The notes beneath the pieces are model-generated. The model had not been told where the DNA came from. It searched no databases and was given only the letters and a program-made list of their open reading frames with translations. Shown piece by piece: positions 36,695 through 46,416 of a stretch of 64,000 nucleotides of DNA (within the stretch, counting starts at the first letter, position 1; every line of letters starts with the position of its first letter). Location: NCBI GenBank assembly GCA_050298055.1, contig JBNKTL010000002.1:32001-96000 (forward strand). The letters are read 5' to 3'. Both the position numbers and the translations under genes were made by a program. Origin of the DNA: Spirochaetota bacterium. GTDB lineage: Bacteria > Spirochaetota > UBA4802 > UBA5550.

Positions 36695-37735
36695 ATGGGG
36701 AACAAACCAGGGGACTACAGGTTCCTGAAAGCATGCAGAAAGGAAGAGGTAGACTGCACTCCGGTCTGGATGATGAGACAGGCAGGCAGGTACCTGGAAA
36801 AATACAGAAAGGTGAGAGAGAAACACTCATTCCTGGAGATGTGCAAGACACCGGAACTGGCAGTTGAAGTCACACTGCAGCCCTTTGAGCTCATTGATCT
36901 TGATGCCGCCATCCTCTATTCCGATATTCTTATACCGGTTGAAGCCATGGGTATCGACCTGGAGTTCATTGAATCCAGAGGACCTGTTATCCACAACCCG
37001 GTGCGGACAGAGAAGGATGTCAAGGCACTGAAGGTCATCGATCCCGGGGAGAGTGTTCCCTTCGTCATGGAAGCCATAAAGCTTCTCAGGAAGGAGCTTG
37101 AAGGAAGGGCGCCCCTTATCGGTTTCAGCGGCGTTCCCTTTACCCTGGCAAGCTACATGATTGAAGGCGGAGGATCAAAGAACTACCTGGAAGCCAAAGG
37201 AATGATGTACAACGCACCTGAACTCTTCCATGAGCTGATGCAGAAGATAACAGACACTGTCATCGCATACCTGAACGCGCAGGTTGACGCAGGCGCCCAG
37301 GCCATCCAGGTTTTTGACAGCTGGGTGGGCGCCCTCTCACCGCTTGATTATAAAAATTTTGTTCTCCCCTACTCCAGGCAGGTACTTGAGGGCATCAGGG
37401 GAGATGTCCCAAAAATCCACTTCGGAACGGGAACAGCGGGCTTCCTTGATCTTCTGAAAGAAGCCGGCGGTGATATCATCGGTGTTGACTGGAGGATCGA
37501 CCTGGACAGGGCCTGGGATATCCTGGGTGATGATGTGGGAGTACAGGGAAATTTCGATTCATCAAAGCTCTTCGGCACAAAGGCGGTAATCGAGGAAGCG
37601 GTGAAGGACATTCTGGAAAGGGCGGGAAACAGGCCGGGACACATATTCAACCTTGGGCACGGGATACAGCCGAAGACCCCTCCTGAAAATGCCGCTTTCA
37701 TGGTGGATAAAGTTCACGAACTGAGCAGGAGATAA
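36695..37735 (+). CDS. hemE: Uroporphyrinogen decarboxylase
   Basis: PVWMMRQAGRYL, AAILYSDIL, PFTLASYMIEGG and IFNLGHGI. Confidence 0.97.
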   Translation: MGNKPGDYRFLKACRKEEVDCTPVWMMRQAGRYLEKYRKVREKHSFLEMCKTPELAVEVTLQPFELIDLDAAILYSDILIPVEAMGIDLEFIESRGPVIHNPVRTEKDVKALKVIDPGESVPFVMEAIKLLRKELEGRAPLIGFSGVPFTLASYMIEGGGSKNYLEAKGMMYNAPELFHELMQKITDTVIAYLNAQVDAGAQAIQVFDSWVGALSPLDYKNFVLPYSRQVLEGIRGDVPKIHFGTGTAGFLDLLKEAGGDIIGVDWRIDLDRAWDILGDDVGVQGNFDSSKLFGTKAVIEEAVKDILERAGNRPGHIFNLGHGIQPKTPPENAAFMVDKVHELSRR

Positions 37736-37741
37736 GTTTCC

Positions 37742-38656
37742 ATGATAGGCGTACTCTTAACCGGATACGGAGGGCCCGGGTCCCTTGATGACGTGGAACC
37801 TTTTCTCTCCAGCATTGCCGGAGGCAGACAGTTCTCCCCGGAACAGGTTGAAGGGACAAAAAGACGATACCGGCTCATCGGAGGAAGGTCCCCTCTCAAT
37901 GAGATAACCGGGAAACAGGCCCATGCCCTGAATACCCTTCTGAACAGGGATGAGAAAAGGTTCCAGGTTGAGATAGGAATGCTCCACCTCCCGCCTTTTA
38001 TTCCCCATGTGATTGAGAAGATGGCGGATACGGGGATCAGGAGACTGGCACTCCTTTCCCTGGCACCCTTCGATTCCCGGGTAAGCACCACGGCATATTT
38101 CAACAGGGCAAAGGAAGCTCTGGAAAAATACCGGGAGATTAAAACCGTTTTTATCTCCGGCTGGAATATCCATCCCGGCTACATCCGGGCGGTAGCCGAT
38201 AGTATCAACACAACCCTGTCCCGCTACTCCGGGGAGGGTCAGAGCTCCGCTGAGGTGATCTTCAGCATTCACAGCCTCCCGGTCAGTTATATTGAGGAGG
38301 GGGACAGATACCTTGATGAGATAAATGTAACCGTGAAGAAGGTACTGCCCCATATTAAAAGCGGGAACTGGCACCTTGCCTTCCAGAGCAGGGGACGGGG
38401 AAAAAACTGGCTGGAACCGGACACGGAGACGGTTATGCGAAAACTCAAAGGAGAAGGGAAAACCGATATTGTCATTGCGCCAATCGGCTTTATATCCGAT
38501 CATGTGGAAACGCTCTATGATATAGATATCACGTACAGAAAATTGGCGGAGGAGATGGGTATCCGTCTTGAAAGGGTCCCTTCCCTCAATGACTCGCCAT
38601 TTTTTATAGAAGCACTGGCAGATTCGGTGCGGCAGAAGACTTCTCACTGGACATAG
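37742..38656 (+). CDS. hemH: Ferrochelatase
   Basis: YGGP, IGGRSPL, FSIHSLP, FQSR...WLEP and PIGFISDHVETLYDID. Confidence 0.95.
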   Translation: MIGVLLTGYGGPGSLDDVEPFLSSIAGGRQFSPEQVEGTKRRYRLIGGRSPLNEITGKQAHALNTLLNRDEKRFQVEIGMLHLPPFIPHVIEKMADTGIRRLALLSLAPFDSRVSTTAYFNRAKEALEKYREIKTVFISGWNIHPGYIRAVADSINTTLSRYSGEGQSSAEVIFSIHSLPVSYIEEGDRYLDEINVTVKKVLPHIKSGNWHLAFQSRGRGKNWLEPDTETVMRKLKGEGKTDIVIAPIGFISDHVETLYDIDITYRKLAEEMGIRLERVPSLNDSPFFIEALADSVRQKTSHWT

Positions 38657-38687
38657 GTCTTCTCAATCTTTTCACCGGGGGATTTAC

Positions 38688-40115
38688 TTGAAAAAAATTG
38701 TCATTATAGGCGGCGGAATATCGGGACTCACTACAATCTATTATCTCAGGAAGTATCTCAAAGAGAAGAACCTTTCCGCGGAAATACAGCTCATTGAAAA
38801 GAGTGACAGGTTTGGCGGACAGATTAAGACCGAACATGACGGGGAATTTATCTTCGAAGGCGGTACCGACTGCTTCATACGGGAGAAGCCGTGGGCCCTG
38901 CAGCTCTGCAAAGAACTGGGAATTGAAGAAAACCTGGTAAACACAAAGGATGAAAACAGCGGGACCTTCATCTACCGCAAAGGAAAACTTCATAAACTTC
39001 CCGAGGGGCTTATGCTCCTCGTTCCCACAAAGTTTCTCCCCTTCGCAACAACGGGATTGTTTTCACTCTGCGGCAAGCTCCGGATGGCCCTCGAGGTTTT
39101 CATCCCAAAGAAAAAAAATGATTCCGATGAGACCCTTGAGCGCTTCGTCATCCGAAGGTTCGGAAGGGAGCTCCTGGAGATGATTGCGGAACCGCTCATT
39201 GCGGGGATACACTCGGGAGACCCGGAGAAGATGAGCATACAGAGTTCCTTTCCCCGGTTCCACCAGATGGAGAAGGATTACGGGAGCCTCACACGGGCAA
39301 CCCTTGCGGCCCGGAAAAAAATGAACGAGATGCTGAAAAAGAGGGACCCCGGCGCACCCCAGAGGTCGTTCTTTATCTCCTTCAAAAACGGGATGTCCGA
39401 GTTCGTGGAGAAGATCCTTGAGCGGATAAAGGAGATAAGGATAGATACCGGCTGCGAGGTATCATCGGTAACAAAGAACGATTACGGAAGATTTACCATC
39501 CACCTGGCCGACGGAAACAGCGTCACCGCCGACTCGGTTGTGGTTACCACACCCGCTTACGTCTCATCAAAACTTCTGGAAGGGATCAACGGCCCCATGA
39601 GTGAAAGTATGAACAACATACCCTACATAAAGACGGGAATAATATCCATGGTCTATAAAAAGTCTGATATTGAGAAGGTCCTCCCCCGGGCATTCGGTTT
39701 CCTGGTCCCGCGGGTGGAAAAGAGAAAGATCATGGCGGCGACTTTCACTTCATTGAAGTGGCCAAACAGGTGTCCCGATGATTATATCATGCTCCGCTGC
39801 TTTGTGGGGGGAAAGGAGAACCAGCACCTTATAGAGCAGGATGATGAGACCCTGCTGAATACTGCAAGGAATGAACTTAAATCAATTATCGGCATAGATG
39901 CCGAGCCCGTAACCTGCAGGATATTCAGGTGGATAGACAACATGCCCCAGTACAACATCGGCCACCGGGAACTTATCGAGACCATAGACAGGGGGATAAT
40001 GGAGAACAGGGGGCTCTACGTAACCGGTTCGGCTTACAAAGGGATAGGTATCCCCGATTGCATTAACAATGCCGAGATTACCGCCCGGAGAATTGTGGAC
40101 GAAATCCTGAGCTGA
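38688..40115 (+). CDS. hemY: HemY-type protoporphyrinogen / coproporphyrinogen III oxidase
   Basis: IIGGGISGL, EPLIAGIHSGD, FGFLVP, MPQYNIGH and GIGIPDCI; TTG start. Confidence 0.93.
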   Translation: MKKIVIIGGGISGLTTIYYLRKYLKEKNLSAEIQLIEKSDRFGGQIKTEHDGEFIFEGGTDCFIREKPWALQLCKELGIEENLVNTKDENSGTFIYRKGKLHKLPEGLMLLVPTKFLPFATTGLFSLCGKLRMALEVFIPKKKNDSDETLERFVIRRFGRELLEMIAEPLIAGIHSGDPEKMSIQSSFPRFHQMEKDYGSLTRATLAARKKMNEMLKKRDPGAPQRSFFISFKNGMSEFVEKILERIKEIRIDTGCEVSSVTKNDYGRFTIHLADGNSVTADSVVVTTPAYVSSKLLEGINGPMSESMNNIPYIKTGIISMVYKKSDIEKVLPRAFGFLVPRVEKRKIMAATFTSLKWPNRCPDDYIMLRCFVGGKENQHLIEQDDETLLNTARNELKSIIGIDAEPVTCRIFRWIDNMPQYNIGHRELIETIDRGIMENRGLYVTGSAYKGIGIPDCINNAEITARRIVDEILS

Positions 40116-40132
40116 GCAGGCTGTTCTCCCTC

Positions 40133-40807
40133 TTAACCCATAACTCCCGGCATAAACCTGCTGACCTTCCCCGTAAGGGAATACTCTTTAATTCCCTGAA
40201 GCAAAACTTCAATATAGACTTTCATTGACGGGGCAAAAAGAAGGGGATGAAAATCCTCCCTTCCCACTTCCCGTTTAACGGTTTTTTCTCCGTCATATCC
40301 CTCGATCAAAAACCTGATATCACGGGTAAAGATCTCTTCCAGTTTATCCAGCGGTACCGCATAGAGACCCGTTACCTCCCCGTCCATAAACCTGTACCGG
40401 TCAAGCTCACGGTTTTCCTCAAGTAAATAGATCCTCTGGAACTCCCTGTGAAAGTGGAAATTATTCCTTTCCTCATACCTGAAGTAACCGAGATCTATAA
40501 GTTCGCTTTCGTCCGGAGATATCCCTATCTCTTCATAGGCCTCTTTCTGTATTTTATTCTCATTCTCACCAAAAGGGACATGGCCCCCGACGGTAATATC
40601 AAGGCAGTCCGGGTAAAGGTCCTTGTCCGGCGCCCTCTGTTGAAACAGGACCTCTGTTACGGGCCCGCCGGTCCGTATCACCCAGAGATGGACTCCCTCA
40701 TGGGGTATCCCCTCCCTGTGTGATCTTTTTCTCTCAACTCTTTCCCCTGTGGGTTCACCGGTTTCCCAGTCCCAGTTCTCCAGATATTCTTCATTTTCTT
40801 TTTTCAT
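40133..40807 (-). CDS. NUDIX hydrolase (IPP isomerase type 1-like)
   Basis: HREGIPHEGVHLW, QQRAPDKDLYP..LDITVGGH and KEAYEEIGI. Confidence 0.85.
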   Translation of the reverse strand: MKKENEEYLENWDWETGEPTGERVERKRSHREGIPHEGVHLWVIRTGGPVTEVLFQQRAPDKDLYPDCLDITVGGHVPFGENENKIQKEAYEEIGISPDESELIDLGYFRYEERNNFHFHREFQRIYLLEENRELDRYRFMDGEVTGLYAVPLDKLEEIFTRDIRFLIEGYDGEKTVKREVGREDFHPLLFAPSMKVYIEVLLQGIKEYSLTGKVSRFMPGVMG

Positions 40808-40837
40808 AGTCTCCCGGCACATTTAGCTTAATAACTT

Positions 40838-40972
40838 GTAACAACACAGCTCTGTATTAAGAATAATATTCAATAAAAAAGATAACTGATATCCCCGCCG
40901 CCTTCGGCGGGGGGATATTTTGCTGATATTTTGGTAAATAAGTTTATTTTGGCCATATAGCAGAGAAGTTAC
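40838..40972 (+). mobile_element. MITE copy G
   Basis: GTAACAACACAGCT...AGCAGAGAAGTTAC ends; core ATATCCCCGCCGCCTTCGGCGGGGGGATAT; flanks AATAACTT/AATGATTT (6 of 8 identical). Confidence 0.85.
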
Positions 40973-40981
40973 AATGATTTT

Positions 40982-41350
40982 TTATTTAACAAATTCAGAT
41001 ATCAGGTCAACAAAACTTTCTGGATTAATAGGTTTTTCGATATATCCTTCACAGCCTGAATGCAGAATCTCCTCCCTGTCCCCGGCCATTGCATAGGATG
41101 TGACGGCAACAAGGGGTATTTCCGCCGTTATTTCGTCGTCTTTTAACCTGCGGGCAACATCATAACCATCCATTTCCGGCAGTTGAATATCCAAAAGAAT
41201 AAGGTCCGGCACAACCTCAACAGCCTTGGCAATCCCCTCTTTCCCGTCACGGGCCTGGACAACGGTAAATCCATGCTTCTCCAGCAGGTAAGTGACCATG
41301 TAGATATTCTGCTCATTGTCTTCTATGACAAGGATTTTATTCTTTTTCAT
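40982..41350 (-). CDS. Single-domain response regulator (CheY/DivK-like)
   Basis: LVIEDN, LLDIQLPEMDG, VTSYAM and YIEKP. Confidence 0.95.
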   Translation of the reverse strand: MKKNKILVIEDNEQNIYMVTYLLEKHGFTVVQARDGKEGIAKAVEVVPDLILLDIQLPEMDGYDVARRLKDDEITAEIPLVAVTSYAMAGDREEILHSGCEGYIEKPINPESFVDLISEFVK

Positions 41351-44300
41351 TCACATCCTCCCTTACGATTGGAACAGCAAAACTGAAGGTACTTCCCCTG
41401 CCAGGCTGACTTTCAACCCATATTTCACCACCCATCATCTCAATGATACGCCTGCATATTGAGAGACCCAGTCCTGTACCCTCATACACCCTGTTCGTCC
41501 CGGCATCAAGCTGGTGAAAGGGCAGGAAGAGTTCCGGAATACTCTCTTCACTAATTCCAATACCGGTGTCCTTCACCACTATCTCAAGCCTGCTTCCGTT
41601 TTTTCTGCCTGATAAAGTTATTTCTCCCCGGCCGGTAAATTTTACCGCGTTATTCAGGAGATTAATCAATACCTGGCTTAAGCGGCGCCTGTCCCCGTTT
41701 ATTATTCCAATATCCCCGTCAACATAGGCGTTTATTTCAAGCCCCTTTTTTTCTGCCTGGGGTTTCAGTATCTCGATGACCTCATTTATTAATTTCTGCA
41801 CATCAAATGTCTCATTTATCAGTTTAAACTCTCCCGCCTCAATTTTTGAGATGTCAAGTACATCATTAATGAGATTGAGAAGATGCTGCGAACTTCCTTT
41901 TACGATCTTAAGCTGTTTCTTCTGTTCGAAGTTCAGGGGGCCTGCCATCTCCATAAGAAGAATACTGTTAAATCCCATAATGGAATTGAGGGGTGTTCTT
42001 AATTCATGGCTCATGGTTGCCAGAAAGGCACTTTTGGCACGGTTTGCGGTTTCCGCAGCATCCCTGGCTTTTACAAGCTCTTTATCAGCCTTGACCCGCT
42101 GTTCAATTTCCCGGGAAAGCCTCCGGTTCCAGTATATAACCAGAGAAAGGACAATAATTGAAGGAATAAGTATTTTCCAGAAAAGGGAATAATCAAAGCC
42201 ATGCTCATATTTAACCGATATCCACTTTTTATAAATCTCATTCTGCCGTGTCTCAGGTATTGCATCCAGGGCCTTCTGTAAAATACCGGCAAAAAGGGGC
42301 CAGTCTGACCGGACACCCATTGACAGCTTATATGTGTAGGGTGTCTCCCCGGAAACTTTAATTGTACCGAACTGAAGTTTTCCGAGATAGTAGCTCCCTA
42401 CAAGGATGCTCCCGATACAGGCATGAACTTCCCCTTTCTCAAGCTTTTCAAAAGCCTCCTCTATGGTCCCGGTTAAAACAAGTTTAATTTTCGGGAAATC
42501 ATCTGTAATCCACTCTTCAACTGCGTACTTTTTCACAACGGCAACCTTTCTGCCTTCCAGTTCATTCATACTTCCAATATAATTTATATCATTACGGGTA
42601 AAGATCACAACCGGCATTGAAATGTATGGCTGGGTAAACCTCAGAGAGTCTGAGCGTTGCGGTGTCTTCACTACGGACGTGACCAGATCTATCTCTTTTT
42701 TTCTTGCCCTGTTCATAATTTCCTGCCAGTTAAGGTCCCTGGCCGGTTCAAACCTGATGCCGAGCATCTTCTCCAGTATCTTCGTGTATTCAGCTGTGAT
42801 CCCTCCGGGATTGCCCTTCTTATCAATGAACTCAACAGGTGCCCACCCGGAATCACTGGCTGTTCTTATTGAGGGGTGGGTTTCCAGCCAGGACCATTCG
42901 CTGTCAGAAAGTGATACTCTTAATCTGCTGCCGTTTATTCCTGCAGGACCCGTAACTCCCGGAAGCCATTTTCTGAAAATTTCGATCTTCCTGTTTTCAG
43001 GGATTGAATCAAGGGCTTTTTCAAGAATCGATACCAGTTCAGGCCACTCTTTTCGGACCGCAAACCTGAGCCCCCTGGTCCTCATGTCGTAGTTACCGGC
43101 TACATTGAGATTGGTTATACCATATTTATTGCTGAGATAGACATTAACACCAAGGACTCCAACAAAGGCATCTGATTCACCGGTTGAGACTGACCTCAGC
43201 CCGTCAAGGGGAGTATCAACCATATATTTTTTTACACCGGGATGTTCACTTACAACACGGTCTGACAAGGGATCTCTCCTCACAAGGGCAACCCTGTTGC
43301 CATCCAGGTCTGCGGGGATACTGATTCTTCTTCCTCCGGTCCGCGTCATTATTACCAGGGGAGTGGGAATATAGATCCCGGTAAAGTCGAGGGACTTATT
43401 TCTTTCAGTTGTTTTATCAGCAGCGGCAAACAGATCAATTTTCCCCTTCCCTTTGTCATCCGGCATTTCGGACCGGCTCAAACCGGGCACTCTCTTCATT
43501 CTGATCCCGGTAATAATGCCCAGCTGCCTGACAAAATCCATTGCAATACCCTGGTATTCCCCATTACCGTTGATAAAGCTGTAAGGTGCAAAATTTTCAT
43601 TCACCCCGAGATTGATCTCACTGTGCCTTCTGAGCCAGATCCTCTCTCTCTGAGAAAGTTTTCTGTAGTAAAAATCCACATAAGAGGGCAGCTGGATATC
43701 CGCCATAAGCCAGCGTTTCCTTATTGATGCATGTTCCTGTTCCGTGAGAGAATCCAGGGCCCGGTTAATGAGCTTTACAAAGACAGGCCAGTCTTTTCTC
43801 ACTGCAAAGGCCAGGGGAAAGAGTTCGTCAGATGCATATCCTGCAACCTTAAGATTCGTAAGGGCCAGGTCCTGTATCAGCCTGGTTGATACGGCCATAT
43901 TACCGATGACGGCATCCATTTCTCCCCGTGAAAGCGCGATCATGGCTTCCCTGAAAGTCCCGAAAAGGACCGGTTTTATCTTTGTATTCTCTTTTATAAA
44001 TCCATGATGGGAACTGTTTATCTGGACTGCCACATTTTTTCTCCCCAGATCATCCAGGGACCTGGTAGCGGATTCTCTCCGGGTAATGATCACCCGGGGA
44101 AATGCGAGATAGGGTCTTGAATACTCAAAGAACTTTTTCCTCTCACCGGTAATTCCCACACAGGAGAGAGCATCTATCTTCCGTTTCTTTGCCCACTCAA
44201 TTGTCCTGCTCCAGTCAGGTGCGGTTACCGGGACCAGGGATATCCCCAGCCTGCTGCTTATGAGCCTCACATAATCAGCTGCTGCCCCCCTGTATATCCC

Positions 44301-45224
44301 ATCCTCCGAGCGAAACTCAAAGGGAGAAAACTCCGGGTCGATACCGATTTTCACAGCAGGGTGCTCCTCTATCCATTTCCTTTCCCTTTCCGACAGACGC
44401 ATCTTTTTCCGCTCTTTCTCATCACTGAGTCGTATCCCGTGACCGGGATGTCCCGAAAGGTAGATATCCATGATCCTGTAATAGATGGAGCTCTGGTCTT
44501 TTTTCATCTTCCGGATATGGGAATCAATCCTCCGGATATAGTATAAGTTTTTCCGGGAACCACCGGGGAGAGCAAACCGCAGGTGCCGGGGATTGAAAAT
44601 AACATTGGTCCCCTTGACCAGGTAGCGGCTCTCCATAACCGCACCGAACAGCCTGTTGACAATACCTGCATCTGCCGCTCCTCTCTGGAGAAGCTCAAAC
44701 ACCGATTTATAATCATCAACTTCCACGTAACTGCAGGGAATATCAAATTCACTCAGCAGGCTTCTGATTCCCTGATCTCCCACGGTGTGGATGCTCCCCT
44801 TCATCACCGCAATGGTTTTGTTCCTCAAATCAAAAAGCGAATCAACATCTATGCCCTTCCGTGTATAGACCTTTCCCCAGTTGATAAAGACATTCTCCCC
44901 GGTGAAGTCGAATTTCCTGTTCCGCTCTTCGGAAAATGCCACATCCACCATCAGGTCAAGCTCCCCGCCTTCAAGTTTTTCCAGGCACTCATTCCATGTA
45001 CAGGGTGTCCATAAAAGCACCCAGTTTTCGTTCCTGGCTATCTCTTCCAGAATGTCCGGAAATATTCCAACCACACGATTATTGTCATCAGTGTAGACCT
45101 TGGGAGGGTTCTCATACACGCCAACCCTGATCTTTTTATGCACATTCCCTGCGTAAACAGGGGAAACCCAGAATGATAATATCATGACCAGAAGGGGTAA
45201 ATGTTTAAGATTCTGTGTGGTCAA
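41337..45224 (-). CDS. Sensor histidine kinase with four periplasmic solute-binding (Venus flytrap) domains
   Basis: Four SBP repeats (GVYENPP, GIDPEFSPFEF, GVNENFAPYSF, ASDSGWAPVEF), one TM, MSHELRTPLN, QVLINLLNNAVKF and GTGLGL. Confidence 0.93.
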   Translation of the reverse strand: MTTQNLKHLPLLVMILSFWVSPVYAGNVHKKIRVGVYENPPKVYTDDNNRVVGIFPDILEEIARNENWVLLWTPCTWNECLEKLEGGELDLMVDVAFSEERNRKFDFTGENVFINWGKVYTRKGIDVDSLFDLRNKTIAVMKGSIHTVGDQGIRSLLSEFDIPCSYVEVDDYKSVFELLQRGAADAGIVNRLFGAVMESRYLVKGTNVIFNPRHLRFALPGGSRKNLYYIRRIDSHIRKMKKDQSSIYYRIMDIYLSGHPGHGIRLSDEKERKKMRLSERERKWIEEHPAVKIGIDPEFSPFEFRSEDGIYRGAAADYVRLISSRLGISLVPVTAPDWSRTIEWAKKRKIDALSCVGITGERKKFFEYSRPYLAFPRVIITRRESATRSLDDLGRKNVAVQINSSHHGFIKENTKIKPVLFGTFREAMIALSRGEMDAVIGNMAVSTRLIQDLALTNLKVAGYASDELFPLAFAVRKDWPVFVKLINRALDSLTEQEHASIRKRWLMADIQLPSYVDFYYRKLSQRERIWLRRHSEINLGVNENFAPYSFINGNGEYQGIAMDFVRQLGIITGIRMKRVPGLSRSEMPDDKGKGKIDLFAAADKTTERNKSLDFTGIYIPTPLVIMTRTGGRRISIPADLDGNRVALVRRDPLSDRVVSEHPGVKKYMVDTPLDGLRSVSTGESDAFVGVLGVNVYLSNKYGITNLNVAGNYDMRTRGLRFAVRKEWPELVSILEKALDSIPENRKIEIFRKWLPGVTGPAGINGSRLRVSLSDSEWSWLETHPSIRTASDSGWAPVEFIDKKGNPGGITAEYTKILEKMLGIRFEPARDLNWQEIMNRARKKEIDLVTSVVKTPQRSDSLRFTQPYISMPVVIFTRNDINYIGSMNELEGRKVAVVKKYAVEEWITDDFPKIKLVLTGTIEEAFEKLEKGEVHACIGSILVGSYYLGKLQFGTIKVSGETPYTYKLSMGVRSDWPLFAGILQKALDAIPETRQNEIYKKWISVKYEHGFDYSLFWKILIPSIIVLSLVIYWNRRLSREIEQRVKADKELVKARDAAETANRAKSAFLATMSHELRTPLNSIMGFNSILLMEMAGPLNFEQKKQLKIVKGSSQHLLNLINDVLDISKIEAGEFKLINETFDVQKLINEVIEILKPQAEKKGLEINAYVDGDIGIINGDRRRLSQVLINLLNNAVKFTGRGEITLSGRKNGSRLEIVVKDTGIGISEESIPELFLPFHQLDAGTNRVYEGTGLGLSICRRIIEMMGGEIWVESQPGRGSTFSFAVPIVREDVNEKE

Positions 45225-45253
45225 TGTTTTATGCTCCCTCTTTCTCTAAAAAA

Positions 45254-45949
45254 TTAAAGACTCAGAGCAACTCTTACACCATACATGTCCCTGATATGCT
45301 CCCACTTATCATCCGATTTTGAGAGATCATACCTGTAATAAATGCCAAAGACTAATCCGTTGTATATATTTTCAAAAATCCCCGCGTGAAAACGGTGCAG
45401 GTTAACTTCCTCATAATAATGTTCATAGTAGAGTTCCCACCCTAAAAAGGGCCTGAAGGGGATTTGGGGGAGAGATATCTTCAGAAAGTTTTTAATCCGG
45501 AAATCATCCCATTCCGGTTTATAACGATACTCATAGCGGACCTGGTCAAATATAAGGATCATTTTCATTTGCAATCCTTTCTCAATATTTACCTGCGGTG
45601 CTTTCTCAAGAGACCAGCCGTTGTCATCATCCCGATAATATCCCTGCCTGTAGTAAACACTCAGGGCAAAACGCCGGGGAAATTTACATTTTACTCCAAC
45701 ACCTGTTTCATAGTAGTCATACCTTGAAATATCTTCCGTAAACTGTTCGAAGGAATAAAAATGAAAGGAAAAATAATCTGACAGCCTGCCGTTAAAATTC
45801 TGATGAATTCTCATTGCATTATCGGTTTTTGCGTTCAGGAAAATGGAAAAGAAGAAAAGAAAAAAGACAATAAAAACAGATTTATTAAGACAGGGGGATT
45901 TATTGCACAAGAGTGACTTTATGAAAAAACACATAACAAACTCACACAA
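45254..45949 (-). CDS. DUF2490-like outer-membrane beta-barrel protein (start uncertain)
   Basis: Aromatic-rich alternating strands; RYEYR...FRIKN and PFLGWELYY...RFHAG. Confidence 0.6.
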   Translation of the reverse strand: MCEFVMCFFIKSLLCNKSPCLNKSVFIVFFLFFFSIFLNAKTDNAMRIHQNFNGRLSDYFSFHFYSFEQFTEDISRYDYYETGVGVKCKFPRRFALSVYYRQGYYRDDDNGWSLEKAPQVNIEKGLQMKMILIFDQVRYEYRYKPEWDDFRIKNFLKISLPQIPFRPFLGWELYYEHYYEEVNLHRFHAGIFENIYNGLVFGIYYRYDLSKSDDKWEHIRDMYGVRVALSL

Positions 45950-46247
45950 ACCACATAATATGCTATTGCAAGAAAACTAAATAATATACCCGTTTGAATA
46001 TTCAGTCAAGGAAATTACACTCTTTATGAGCATAAGCTTGTCCGGTTCCGAATTTCCCGTTGATAAAAGTTAAAAATTATATCTTATCCCCACATCCCCT
46101 CTTTATCCCCTTATCCCCCTTCTCTTTTCTTCTTTATCCGCTGAAAACTTTGCGTTGATTGTGTGTCTTTGCGGTTTAATATCATGCTTTCTTCTTGACA
46201 AACAGGAAAATGGAATTATATATATTTTTAGCCATGAAACTTTACCG

Positions 46248-46387
46248 GGAACTACTCTGATATGCATAAGAATAACCATGTTCATAAAAAAAGAGAACTG
46301 ATATGTCCCCGCCGCCCAAGGCGGCAGGGACATATTGTTTATATTTTACTAAACAGGCTGATTATAGCCATATAGCTGAATAGATAC
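46248..46387 (+). mobile_element. MITE copy H (140 bp)
   Basis: GGAACTACTCTGATAT...ATAGCTGAATAGATAC ends; core ATATGTCCCCGCCGCC-CAA-GGCGGCAGGGACATAT; flanks CTTTACCG/CTTTATAG (6 of 8 identical). Confidence 0.88.
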
Positions 46388-46416
46388 CTTTATAGTTACT
46401 TTAAAAAGAAAATAAT

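Noticed and set aside
40838..46387. MITE copies G and H forming a composite transposon around the regulator, kinase and barrel genes
   Set aside because: Each copy has its own different 8-bp flanking duplication, which indicates independent insertions.
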